Positions 51,793 to 64,000 of a stretch of 64,000 nt of DNA are shown here, piece by piece. Positions within the stretch are counted from its first letter, which is position 1, and each line of letters starts with the position of its first letter. The stretch comes from Octopus sinensis (taxonomy: Eukaryota). A model generated the notes under the pieces. The model did not search any database, was not told where the DNA came from, and was given only the letters and a program-made list of their open reading frames with translations. The DNA lies in the NCBI RefSeq assembly GCF_006345805.1, contig NC_043003.1:10106001-10170000 (forward strand). Direction: 5' to 3'. The translations under genes and the position numbers were made by a program.

Positions 51793-52001
51793 GAGAAAGA
51801 AGCAACAATAATGGATTGGTTTTTAGTAAAAATGGATTGGTTTTTACTAAAAACCAATCCATTCTTGTTGCTTCGTTCTCGTTTATAATCACCCCACATT
51901 ACTGTATGGATAACACCATATAGTTTTTCTGGTGCATCTAAGTTAAGTACCACAATTCAAGTAAATTCATTGGAAGTTACTTGAATCTTAATTGTTTTGA
52001 T
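51791..52001. mobile_element. TA-embedded element with a 5' fold-back (arms 51791-51832 / 51841-51882)
   Basis: acgagaaagaagcaacaataatggattggtttttagtaaaaa versus tttttactaaaaaccaatccattcttgttgcttcgttctcgt. Confidence 0.65.
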
Positions 52002-52139
52002 TATATATATATATTATTACATTATATATAAAAGGGCTTAGTAAAATAAATTACTTTGCCGCATACTGAACTCATTCACCATTGTTGGTGAAATTGATTA
52101 ATTAATTAATTTTACCCTCAATTGTTGAAATTAATATAT

Positions 52140-52207
<68 letters not shown>

Positions 52208-52228
52208 ATATGTGTATATATATACACA

Positions 52229-52294
<66 letters not shown>

Positions 52295-52440
52295 ACTGAA
52301 ATTTACAGAAAAACAAATGACGAAGGCAGGTGTATAAACAAGAAATAGGTGTATTAGTTTGACGCTGGGGAAGGTGAGAAAGTCTTTTATGTTTCGAGCC
52401 TACGCTCTTGAACAAAAAGAAACGCAAGGAGTAAAATATG

Positions 52441-52479
<39 letters not shown>

Positions 52480-52583
52480 CCGGAGTAAACACATAAATGT
52501 GAAACAAGGTGGAAAAAAGAGTACTCAAATACCAGTGGTAGAGTAATATGCTTTATTTTAAGCAGCAGAAAATTCAACAAAAT

Positions 52584-52621
52584 CTGTTACTCTGAGTTTC
52601 TCGTTGCCGTTCATCAGACAG
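52584..52621 (-). ncRNA. Minimal type I hammerhead ribozyme
   Basis: The reverse complement is identical to 13838-13875. Confidence 0.75.
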
Positions 52622-52662
52622 TTTTTGCTAGAATCTAGCAAAAAGCTAGATTCTAGCAAAAA

Positions 52663-52700
52663 CTGTCTGATGAACGGCAACGAGAAACTCAGAGTAACAG
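52663..52700 (+). ncRNA. Minimal type I hammerhead ribozyme
   Basis: ctgt-CTGATGA-acggcaacga-GAAAC-tcaga-GTA-acag. Confidence 0.75.
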
Positions 52701-53569
52701 ATTTTGTTGAATTTTCTGCTGCTTAAAATAAAGTATATATATATATATATATATATGCATATATGTACGTATACGACCAGTGTGTCTACGCAGTTTCTGC
52801 CTATCAAATCAACTCACTAGGAATTAGTCGGCTTGGGGATTTAGTAGAAGACACTTGCTTAAGGTGGAACTGAAACTGAAGTCACGTGGTTACAAAGCAT
52901 ACTTCTGAACCACACAGCCACACCTGCTCTTCTGTATTGGTTTACACTTTTGGCACAAGGCGAGTAATTTCATGCGAGTGGGTAAGTCGCATACATCGAT
53001 CCCAGTGCTCAGCTTGCACCTATTTTATCGATTCTGAAAGGATGAAAGGCAATGACTCCCTCGGCGAAATTTGAACTGAAAACATAAAGACGGATGAAAT
53101 GCTAGCTCGCCGACTCTTGCCCTGATATATTAAAAGGAATATCTACATTTTTTGCAACATCGAAAACAATGAAATAAAAGGCATCGGAAGGGCAATGCAT
53201 GCTTTTCGCATAAATAAATGTTTCCGCAAATTATAGAGTGGCTTACAATGCGTTGTTTATCCTTGCTTTTTAATTGAACTGAATTAAGCTTTGGAAGTGT
53301 TTGACTAAACTTGCTTATCGGGAAATTTGTAAGTTCGATTTAAATTTCTTAATTTTTAAGTATCATCATTATACATATTATACTCCGGTAAAATTAAGAA
53401 ATCAACTCGTAACTAAACGAAATCCTCAAAACTATCACTCTACAGAGGGAGAGAGAGAGAGAGAGAGGAGGAGACAGGGAGAGAGAGACAGAGACAGAGA
53501 TATAGACAGACAGAAAGAGAGAAACAGAGAGTCGCATAGCCATGTATGTATTTATGTATGTTTGAAGAT

Positions 53570-53741
53570 AATCAAACCAAATTTTCATCATTTGGAGCCA
53601 TTCACTCAATGAATATTTCTGCCAGATTTGCTGAAAATCCGTTCAGCCGTTTTCCAGTATTTATGCAAACACACAGACAGACAGATAGACAGAAACGAGT
53701 GATTACAATACCCTGCTTTCGCTTACGAGCGCAGGGTAAAT
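53570..53741 (+). mobile_element. Helentron/DINE-1-like 3' end
   Basis: Core aaatttc...gaaaatccgttcagccgttt, a (GACA)n tract, then tacaa-taccctgc...gcagggta-aa terminal hairpin. Confidence 0.55.
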
Positions 53742-54855
53742 ATCTTCTGAATGGCATATTTTCTGAAATAACACGGTAACAAATATATTTAAAAGCCTAA
53801 CTATATTTAATGGCTCTTCATACCGTTCTATAAATGTTGTCCGCATATGTTTGAGTATTTATGTATGTCTTTTGTCCTCTGTACTTATGTTTGTGTGTCT
53901 GCGTATATATTGAACTTATGTTAAGATTATTTCATAAAGCAGCGAACGGGCAGAATTGTCAGAGCGTGGGAAAAATGCATTGTTGTATAACTTCCAGCTC
54001 ATTGCATTCTTAGTTCAAATCTCCCGGGGATTGAGTTTACCTTTCATATCTTCGAGGTCAACAAAATAAGTACAATCATTTACTGGGGTCGACTTAATCG
54101 ACACATCCAATCCCATCATTAAAATTGATGGCCTTGTAACAAAATTGGAAAGAATTATTACGTTTATTTCTTATATTGGAACAAGATGCTAAAATAGTTA
54201 AGTTATGACAAACTTATGATTAAATACGCTCCGGTAGTGACCATCCTGTCATTTTTGTATATTAGGATCAAATTGTCTCATTCTTATTTATCGATGATGA
54301 TAGTTTGTTGTTTCAAAGAAAATTGATTACTATTTCTAGCAGGCTGAGCAATTACTTAGGCATTTGCTCGTTGTTTTACAAGCAATTACCACCACAGGTG
54401 TAATGAGAGCAAATCCAAAGGGAACTGAAAAACGATCGCGTATTACATACGATGAAAGCAGGACGGTGACTTTGTAAAATAATCCTAAATCTAATCATAG
54501 TAAAGATAATATAATCTTCACAGTATATACAATTTCTCCTGGGATTATTTATCGCAGGACTTCGTTTATGATACGCTAACGTATTTTTAGATTAGATCTC
54601 AACACTTGCATACTAAACTTATTTTCGATATTTACTGTCGGAGCGATTGCAAAAGCAATAAAGGGGATGTTTCAAAGCAAATGGTACAACTGTAATCTAC
54701 GTTGGTTTATTTTTATAAGATCTTAAACCAACCGTGAACAAGCCGGGATCAAATGATCTAATACTTGCTCATACGCACGCATGCACACGCATAATACCCA
54801 TACCTACACACTCTCATAGACACATATTTTAATACATGAACACATGCATATATAT

Positions 54856-54895
<40 letters not shown>

Positions 54896-54896
54896 G

Positions 54897-54936
<40 letters not shown>

Positions 54937-54961
54937 CATACATACATATTATATATATATA

Positions 54962-55011
<50 letters not shown>

Positions 55012-56745
55012 CATTCCCGTGTAACTACAACATATCGGCTATTCTGGTATTTTAATGACTAACTACCGTACATGCATGCATCTCGTTTCACACGGATTGC
55101 TTTCAGTCATCACGCAATTTATATGATATATAAGTATTTTCTATAATGGGAAAATGTTAAAATTAGATATCAGATAGTGCAAACGTTATAAAACAAAATA
55201 GCATAACGTTATAGATTGACCATTAATACAGAACTTTTGGAATCAAGGTCTTGGAATGGACAAAAATATGTTGAATATCCTAAACGAATAATCGGATACT
55301 TTAGTATGTCGAAGAGAAATTCACTGAGGCCTGTTTCTATGTGTTTCTCAACCGAAGAAAATTAATAAATAGGAAGACTCTTACATATTTCTGGTAAATA
55401 TTTTAGCATCTAACTGTGACCTAAACTCAAATAGATTTTGGGGCTATTTGAAGATTTCGTAATCCTTTTATCGAGTCAACTATCGTCTGTCTTTGAGTTA
55501 TTTCTGTCATTGAACCGTGGCCATGTCGGGGCAATGTCATGAAGGGTTTAATCGAACGAATCGACTACAGTCCTTATATTTTTCAAGTCTGGTATTTATT
55601 TTATCGGTCACTTTGGCCGAGACTCTAACATTCATTACATAAGCAAATTAACGCTGATCGTCGAGTTTTAGGACGTACATACTCACATGCACACGCGCGT
55701 GTACACACAGACGTATATGCATGTGTGTGACGAACATTGTTTCCCCAAATCCAGTTCACTCACAAGGCTTTGGTAGGCCCAGGACTAGAGCAAAAGACGC
55801 TTGCCCAAGGCACTGCGCAACGGGAACGAACCCGAAGTCACACGGCTGAAATACGAGCTTCTTAACGCTACAAAAATACGATACAATTTTAAACTGTTAA
55901 GTGAAACATTCTTGCTACAGACATCGTTAGTATCTCCCAATTCTGTTGTTTCTTCTTTGTTGGGTGCCAATGTTAGAAATAAGATTTTTGCGAATTCCCC
56001 ACATATATATCATAAACATATCTTCATATAAAGATTAAAATAGCACTGACATAATAAACAGAGGTATGCATAGCAGTTTATGTTTCCAGTTTAAGGTAGA
56101 ATATTATTGAATTCGGTTCGTAATCTTTCAAGTTCTTAACTAAGTCCATCTAGAACATTTAAGTCCTGTTGAAGGCAAGAGACTCTCAGAATGTCGACAT
56201 CACTGTCAGGTCTCTTCTGATCAATTTTCTCGGTACCAGTTACCGAAAGCCTTTAGATTTTCATCAAGTCCAAGAAAGTATAAAAACTGTAGAGAATTCT
56301 GTTCCTCCTTAACTCCAAAGTAATATGAAATAAGTAAGGCAAATTTAGCTATTTCTCCGTCGACTGAAAGAGTGAAGAACAGCCTTGATTGATTTTGAAA
56401 CGCTGTTGGGTTCTCATCAGTGGTGACCACATCAATCTGATGAATGCCAAAGAAATAAATAACCATTCTGTTTATATATTCAACAATTACAACAGCTTCA
56501 GACTAATGAGGCACATAACTTGCATACTGTAACTGTTTAATATTTTATTTAATATCAGAGACCTGTCAACCGGGTCCTCAGTTCAATCAATATAGACGCA
56601 CACGCATTGAGTACTAGGTTTACAAAGAATAAGTCCTGGTGGCTGCAGTCAAATGACTGAAACAAATAAAAGAATAAAAGACTATACATAGATACATACA
56701 TACATACACACACACACACGCGCACGCACACACACACACACACAC

Positions 56746-56780
<35 letters not shown>

Positions 56781-57374
56781 TGTTAAGACCGAAAAGGTTA
56801 CGGATCCCCTATAGTTTGTTGTGGTTTCATAAGGGCAAGGGAAAGCGCACGAAACAAATTTGCCCGGGAGAGCGCGCCAGTCTCTATGCAGCGAGTAATT
56901 TCCCACACACTCCGGAGCATATTAGCGAAAGTTGGATAAAGCGTGAGACGTAAAACGAGTAAACGCGTGTGCATGTTTGTCCTTGTATGTATGCATTTCT
57001 CTTGATGTAAGACAGAAAAATCAAACAATTGTGTGTGTGTGTATGTAAATGTGTATGATTGTATGAATCCTGCAGTAATGACTAAAATATCTTCCCTTTC
57101 AATATAATAGCACTTGGACATCAACTCAGTGCTAGATTTGTTTTTTTTTTCTGAAGGAAGTGGTTAGTTTGTCAATGTCTGGTTTTCGACTTCGTTTTTC
57201 AACTAATGAATTCCCGCAGCGGATTTTCTCAAAACTTCTATTGTGATAATTTGTAGCACTTAGCATTGCAACATTTTGTCCACAATTCCTGCTAACCGTT
57301 AGCCCACCCTCTTCGTCGCTTGCTCACTCGCTCACTCTTCTCTATACACTTCGCTTTTATTCTATCTTTATGCC

Positions 57375-57398
57375 TATATATATAGAGAGAGAGAGAGC

Positions 57399-57429
<31 letters not shown>

Positions 57430-57457
57430 GAAAAGTAGATATAGATGCATATATACA

Positions 57458-57527
<70 letters not shown>

Positions 57528-57591
57528 TCATATATATACACATATATATATATACATACGTACATATATATATACATATATATATACATAC

Positions 57592-57641
<50 letters not shown>

Positions 57642-57937
57642 TACATATATACATATATATATATATTTCACTTGCTTTCTTTTATTCATTACTAATGTTT
57701 ATCAGCATACATCTTTCAATATTTCCACAAATTATGAAAATGTATATGTCTGTATGTGTGTGTATTTGTGCGTCTGTAGTTATATGTATACATATATATG
57801 TATATGAATACATACATGTGTGTAAGTATGAATATATCACTTTGTGCGTCCTTTTGACTTCTGTTGTTTTTCCTGTTTTAGTTTTCATTTTTGATTTCAC
57901 TATATATGTGCGTACGTACATATAAATTTATATATAG

Positions 57938-57977
<40 letters not shown>

Positions 57978-58050
57978 TATATATATATATATATATATAA
58001 ACATATATATATATATATATATATACATACATACATACACACACATGTAT
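57375..58050. repeat. (GA)n/(TA)n microsatellite blocks
   Basis: Direct inspection. Confidence 0.9.
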
Positions 58051-58629
58051 GTATGTATACACAATTATACATACATACTTATATATAAAATTGATTAAAT
58101 ATTATTTACAGAATAATACAGAAATACAATACAGTCAGCAAGCAGGAGCAAGAACTCCATTGTCAGAGGCAGACCCAAAGGATTTTTACTTATTTACCAA
58201 AGTTATTGTGCTTTTTTGTTCGTCTCAAAATGATTACAGAAAGCTGAATTATTCACAATGGTAGTATAGATATGAGTAGATTTTATAGAAACTCTGTAGC
58301 CGAGCCGTCCTATCGGCCTTGATATGACTTTACGTATTTTATACATCATATTAGCGACATGTATAATATTGTGTGTGCACATTGGCCCCGCCCGTTACGA
58401 CATTGCGCACGGGAAGTACGCAATTTGATCTCTCAAGATGATCCCGCGTGTTGGTCCTTGCTACGACTGAAAATTTCTTGTAGCAATTGCACATACATAA
58501 CATAGAAAAGGCAGCATGTTACATGCTAGTATTTCTCATCTGGAAATAGGAAATAGTTTTAGCTTTCATCAAGTACAGTCTTCCATAAAGTTCAGGCGAG
58601 AAACTGAGGAATAATGATAAACATCTGAA

Positions 58630-58820
58630 AGTTTATGTTACTGCTACTCATATAGACATCCTAGAACGATTCCATTGAAAGCCGTTCGACTAACTGCTAT
58701 GGTGATCCGAGTCCACACAGACATACCATCTCTTTCATCTAAATTTCCTCCACTCCTTTAATGTCCTTCCCTCATCCCTGGTATTCTCTATTCTCATATA
58801 TCATGTTTTAGCCATCCACC
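58630..58820 (+). pseudogene. Possible highly degraded CR1/Jockey-group LINE RT C-terminal remnant
   Basis: ATHIDILERFH*KAVRL... resembles the LDRIQRKAxRLI motif; weak. Confidence 0.3.
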
Positions 58821-59692
58821 TCAAATTTCACACGAACCATTTTATGCTCAATATTTTGAAATCGGTGACTGGAATACCTTCCCTATAAAGTTTTTTACTG
58901 CAAAGAGCCAATTTCAACTATTCAAATGGAAAATAGCAACATCCTTTTCAGGGGTCTCGCAGCAACCTTTTCTTCCAAAGCTAGCAAATGAAAATAGGCA
59001 AATTTGTGATGCATTTCTGATTTAATTCCACATAAGTAGTTGCTTCTATGATGCTATTTTTCTTTTTCTTGTACTTAGATTTTTCCATGGCGTATAAGTG
59101 ACTAATATCACAACATCCTCTATGAACGTCAAGCTGATTTTTCTCAGGGTTGAAGGCCAGAAATTTTGAGAAGTGGGGGCAAGTCGATAAGATCGACTCG
59201 AGTAAATGACTGGTACTTTAGTTCATCGACCCTGAAGGGATAAAAGGTAAAGGTGCTCTTGGTGAGAGTTAAACTCAGATTATTAAGAGCTGGAAGAAAT
59301 GGCGTTAAACATTTTGTCCGACGCACTATGAACTCTGGCAGCTCTCCCCCTACCTCAATATCTCTATATACCACCCGAAAACTAGCTACAAATCATATTG
59401 CTTTCACTTCGTTTTAGTCTTTTATTTTCCAGACGACGTCTGTGTATATTACCATTTCGTAAAAGTTTGCAGTTATCATCATTTTCTATCTCTTTTAACG
59501 AAACAAAACTTTTTGGCGCCAACCAATCATCTCTCAGATATTGATTTTTATTATTGCTATGTCTATATGTACATAAAATTAATATCTCTTGAGTTCAAAA
59601 CAGCACCTGACAGACAACCGTATGCATAGGTTTCATGACGGCTAACATGTGGGACATAATCTGCTCTAGACAGCTTGCCAGTTTATCTCATA

Positions 59693-60088
59693 CTAGCAGT
59701 ATCGCCCGGCGTTGCTCGGGTTTGTTTCGACCCTTTCGAATTGGAATTTTTGAAAAATAAAAATTCTGCATTATGTAGCTTGTTATTCTCTTTAAGTGAA
59801 CATTTTTCTGGTTGAAATACACCGAAAAATGGCAACACAGCAGTAAAAAAATCGTAAAAAAATAGGGATTTTCATAGAAAAAAAAGCACCTTTTTGATGT
59901 AAATAATGTTTGGTGTTAACATGGTCCGATTTGAATTTTTTCTTCTACGGAAGGAAGAGGAAGCCTTCTTTTATCATACTTTCAATTTTGGTCAACCTGC
60001 GCCGCAGGGTCTCGGAGGAGATAGTGTTAGTTGAAGGCTACCAAACCTGCCATACACAGACAACTTCAGCTTTATATATATAGAGAGA
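59693..60088 (-). mobile_element. Non-autonomous Helitron
   Basis: Minus strand TC...cccgagcaacgccggg...CTAG|T; homologous to 50281-50708. Confidence 0.88.
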
Positions 60089-60290
60089 TAACATTCTTTA
60101 ATGACACCACTAGAAGTTTCGTGACTTCAACAAGCCAAGGCAAGTAGAGTAAGCATTCTTTTTGATTGAAGTCGATTTTTTTACTCATGAACTAATGTCT
60201 ATCATGTAACACGACTCTTTCAACATGACTCTTTCGAGCATTTATGTGATATTTGAAACAAAGAAATACGTTTTTCATGGTTACTTATAT

Positions 60291-60547
60291 ACTCTTTACT
60301 CTTTTACTCTTTTACTTGTTTCAGTCATTTGACTGTGGCCATGCCGGAGCACCGCCTTTAGTCGAGCAAATCCACCCCAGGACTTATTCTTTGTAAGCCT
60401 AGTACTTATTCTATCGCTCTCTTTTGCCGAACCACTAAGTGGTCGGGGCGTAAACACACCAGCATCGGTTGTCAAGCGATGTTGGGGGGACAAACACAGA
60501 CACAAACATATACACACACTTACACACACACACACACGCACACACAC

Positions 60548-60616
<69 letters not shown>

Positions 60617-60787
60617 CATATATACGACGGGCTTCTTTCAGTTTCCGTCTACCAAATCCACTCACAAGGTTTGGTCGGCCCGAGGCTATAGCAGAAGACA
60701 CTTGCCCAAGGTGCCACGCAGTGGGACTGAACCCGGAACCATGTGGTTCGTAAGCAAGCCACATATCCCACAGCCACTCCTACGCTT
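60291..60787 (-). mobile_element. Full-length family A SINE
   Basis: Matches 5188-5596 end to end, with a (TAAAAGAG)3 tail. Confidence 0.88.
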
Positions 60788-61744
60788 ATATATTAATTTC
60801 TTCAATAGACACTAGCATAGCTGACATCTGGTTCAGTCTCATTGTGCGCCACCGAAAGCCTAGAGCAAGTGTATGCGGTATAGAGAAATTGTATGCAGAA
60901 CCATAGGATACATACATACATACATACATGCATACATACATACATAAATACATGCGTACATACGTACATACATACATACATACGATTTAATCGATTGGCA
61001 GCTTCCCCCGCAATTTCGGACCTTGCGCCTAGATTAGAAAAGGATACATTGTCCAAATAGTATTAAATTAACTAATGTAGATTTTCTTTTTTGTTCACAA
61101 GTGTGAGGTGTTTTGATTTCTATTTCTATATCTATTGACTTGAGTGGACACATGGAGGTTGTCTCATGCCGTGGAATCAGTGGTGTATTTCCTATTACCG
61201 GTATAATGTGTATCTAAGTCATATCCATTTATAAGTGAGATATTCAACAACTCGGGGGTGGCGAGCTGACTGAATCATTAGCAGACCGAGTGAAATGATT
61301 AGCGCCATTTTATGCGTCATTACGTCCTGAGTTCGTATTCCGCTGAAATCGATTTTGTCTTTCATCCTCTCGCGATCGATAAAATAAAAACTAGTTGAGC
61401 AATGGATCGATGTAATCGATTTACAATCCTCCCCCGGAATTCATGGCCTTCTGATAAAAGTTTGAAACTATTTCTACCTTCAGCACACAAATGACATGGT
61501 TGTTTACAGTTAATTGTTCTTAGACACAGATTTTTATTAGATTATATTTCTAAGTGCAAGACCGGACTTGAAGAATATAGCTTACACTGAAATTAGTCCA
61601 ACTTGGCTTTTTGGCTCTTGAGGATCTTGTATACGACTAAGGTTTCCCTGGTGTCTCTAGAATCAAATCAGTTACGTGACTCACTAAACCTGACTCCATT
61701 GTAGGACTCCGTTTTAATTGTTTAATCTATCTTTTAATTACCGT

Positions 61745-62170
61745 CTCTTTTACTCTTTTATTCTTTTATTTGTTTCAGTCATTTGACTGTGGCCATGCTG
61801 GAGCACCGCCTTTAGTCGAGCAAATCGACCCCTTTGTAAGCCTAGTACTTATTCTACCGGTCACTTTTGCCGAACCGCTAAGTTACGGTGACGTAAACAC
61901 ACCAGCATCGGTTGTAAAGCAATGTTGGGGGACAAACACAAACACACAAACCCACACGCACACACACACACACACACACGCACACACACATACACACATA
62001 CATATATATATACATATATACGACGGGCTTCTTTCATTTTCAGTCAACCAAATCAACTCACAAGGCTTTGGTCGGCCCGAAGCTATAGTAGAAAACACTT
62101 GCCCAAGGTGCCACGCAGTGGGACTGAACCCAGAAATATGTGCTACTTACCACACAGCCACTCTTGCGCC
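61745..62170 (-). mobile_element. Full-length family A SINE
   Basis: Matches 5188-5596 with small deletions. Confidence 0.85.
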
Positions 62171-62729
62171 AATTGAATTTTATCTAAATTGTATTTTTCA
62201 AAATGAAATATCTCATTGTTCATTTCAATGTTTGATATATCAGTGATTTTGAAGTGTCGTCTGTGGTTTCACAAACAAAGCATTAATATCATGCTATATT
62301 CACAATAATCGTTGGCCTTTTTCATTGTTGAACGACGATATTACCGAAACATTGGCGTAGCGCCCTCTGCAATGACTAAGCTGTTTTCAGAAGTAAGTCT
62401 CTTACCCCGAGTACGCTTACCACCTCTCCATACACGGGTATACCACGAAGGAAACACAAGTCAATAAGTTCGCATTATCCACGGAGACGCAGAAGATCTT
62501 CATTAAGTATAACTGTACATATATACCTTAGGGTTCCATTCATCGGATTTTCGGTAACTCCCTTAGACGTTTTCGATCGCTAAGTGATTCCAAAAGGCAA
62601 CCTGAGGTTGTTATTATAATGGATATCATTAATGCAAAAACAAGTCCCGCTCTGTCGTCTTCTAGGCTTGGACTGATACAACAAGAGCCATGAGACCTGA
62701 TTCACAATAATATTTATAATACTGCCGCC

Positions 62730-63268
62730 AATGTTGACTTTACGTCTCATCTTCTCAGGGTCGATGACATAAGTACCAGTTTTCCTTCCCCTAACAAAGG
62801 TTGGCCCTGTGCCAACATTTGAAACCAGTATTATAAATACTGGTTTCCAATTTTGGCACCAGGCCAGCACTTTCAGGAAAGGGGATAAATCGATAACATC
62901 GACCTCAGTACTCAACTGGTACTTATTTTATCGCTCCCAGAAGGATGAAAGGCAAAAAGTGGACTTCGGCTGGATTTGAAATCAGGACGTAAAGACGTAC
63001 GAAATGCCGCATTTTACTTCGACAGATTATCGATTCTTATTTCTTTATTGCCCACAAGGGGATAAACACAGAGGGGACAAACAAGGAAAGACAAACGGAT
63101 TAAGTCGATTATATCGACCCCAGTGCATAACTGGTACTTAATTTATCGACCCCGAAAAGATGAAAGGCAAAGTCGACCTCGGCGGAATTTGAACTCAGAA
63201 CGTAACGGCAGACGAAATACGGCTACGCATTTCGCCCGGCGTGCTAACGGTTCTGCCAGTTCCCCTCC
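62730..63268 (-). mobile_element. Family B SINE cluster; young tail-2 copy (63038-63268) nested in an older tail-1 copy
   Basis: Junction tatcgattc|ttatttctttattgccc at about 63037. Confidence 0.8.
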
Positions 63269-64000
63269 TCAATAGTATAAATAATATCGCTAGCTTAAAA
63301 TTTATAAAATAAATTTATAAACCTTTATATGAAGCTGGATCTCTTCCTGTCAGGTGTCCCAGATGAACCAACTTCACGGCAGGAGGGGCAGATGAGGGCA
63401 GCTGCATCGAACTCTCTCATGCACCAAATAGCAGCTGCTAGAAAGCCTTCATGAAGTGAAACCAAGTAGCAACACCAAATGGCGGTGCCCCAGCATGGCC
63501 ACAGCTCATAAGCTGAAACTGGAAAAATCAAAATCAAATCAAAAATCAAAACCATGACTAGTGATAAGGTCATGGTGACAAAATATTTATACAGAATAAT
63601 TTAATCTAACCAGTCTTCTAGCTGTTATTATAATTAGAAAAGACAGTGACATTAAACTCATTCTGATGCCATTATGAAACAAAAGAAAATCTTTCGATAA
63701 AAAAGTCCTTGACACATGTTTCACGTTTTCTTGGAGACATTTATTTATCAGATGTCACTTATACGACTGCTAATAAATTGCAGAGACATCCGAATAATTT
63801 TCTTTATGTTATCTTCCTTGATGCTCTTCTTTATATTGTTGTTGATCTTTTGCTGTGTTTTTTTTTCCCTTCTCCTCCTCCTCCTTCTTACCGCTGATGT
63901 TATTGTTGCAGCAGATGCAGCAGCTTTTCAGGTATTTTTTTATTGTAATTGTTTTACGGTTTGTATTTTTGAAAAAATTGTAAAAAAGGAAGAGCAAACG

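Larger units (their letters stand above)
52479..52733. mobile_element. Hammerhead mini-element with inverted duplication (perfect 89-bp arms 52551-52639 / 52645-52733) in (TA)n
   Basis: Exact reverse-complement arms around a 5-nt AAAAA loop; same family as 13698-13980. Confidence 0.88.

Noticed and set aside
56221-56466. 81-aa ORF and two CTGATGA boxes
   Set aside because: No recognisable domain, and neither box has supporting stems.

Overview
AT-rich eukaryotic, non-genic (intergenic or large-intron) DNA. The repeat families look like those of an octopus or related coleoid cephalopod; that is an inference from recalled repeat families, not a database match. I see no convincing host exon, and nearly all ORFs in the track are microsatellite read-throughs. 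The window is a mosaic of (TA)n/(CA)n/(CATA)n/(AAT)n microsatellites and dozens of tRNA-derived SINEs from at least three families (a Meta/MESC-domain SINE with two alternative tails, a CORE-like SINE with an internal microsatellite, and V-domain-like SINEs). It also holds two 5'-truncated Penelope-like elements (RT C-terminus + GIY-YIG), a full-length but stop-disabled DD34D mariner, a mariner-derived MITE nested in an RTE LINE remnant, three non-autonomous Helitrons, a Helentron/DINE-1-like end and a duplicated Dong/R4-like 3' end in (TAA)n. The most interesting signal is a set of small, non-coding elements sitting inside (TA)n tracts that carry minimal type I hammerhead ribozymes. There are five canonical cores, including a back-to-back pair in a perfect 89-bp-arm palindrome, plus several non-canonical hammerhead-like motifs. 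The (TA)n landing pads are often supplied by the internal microsatellite of a SINE, which suggests a layered SINE -> (TA)n -> Penelope/ribozyme mini-element system. All coordinates were read by eye and repeat boundaries are approximate.
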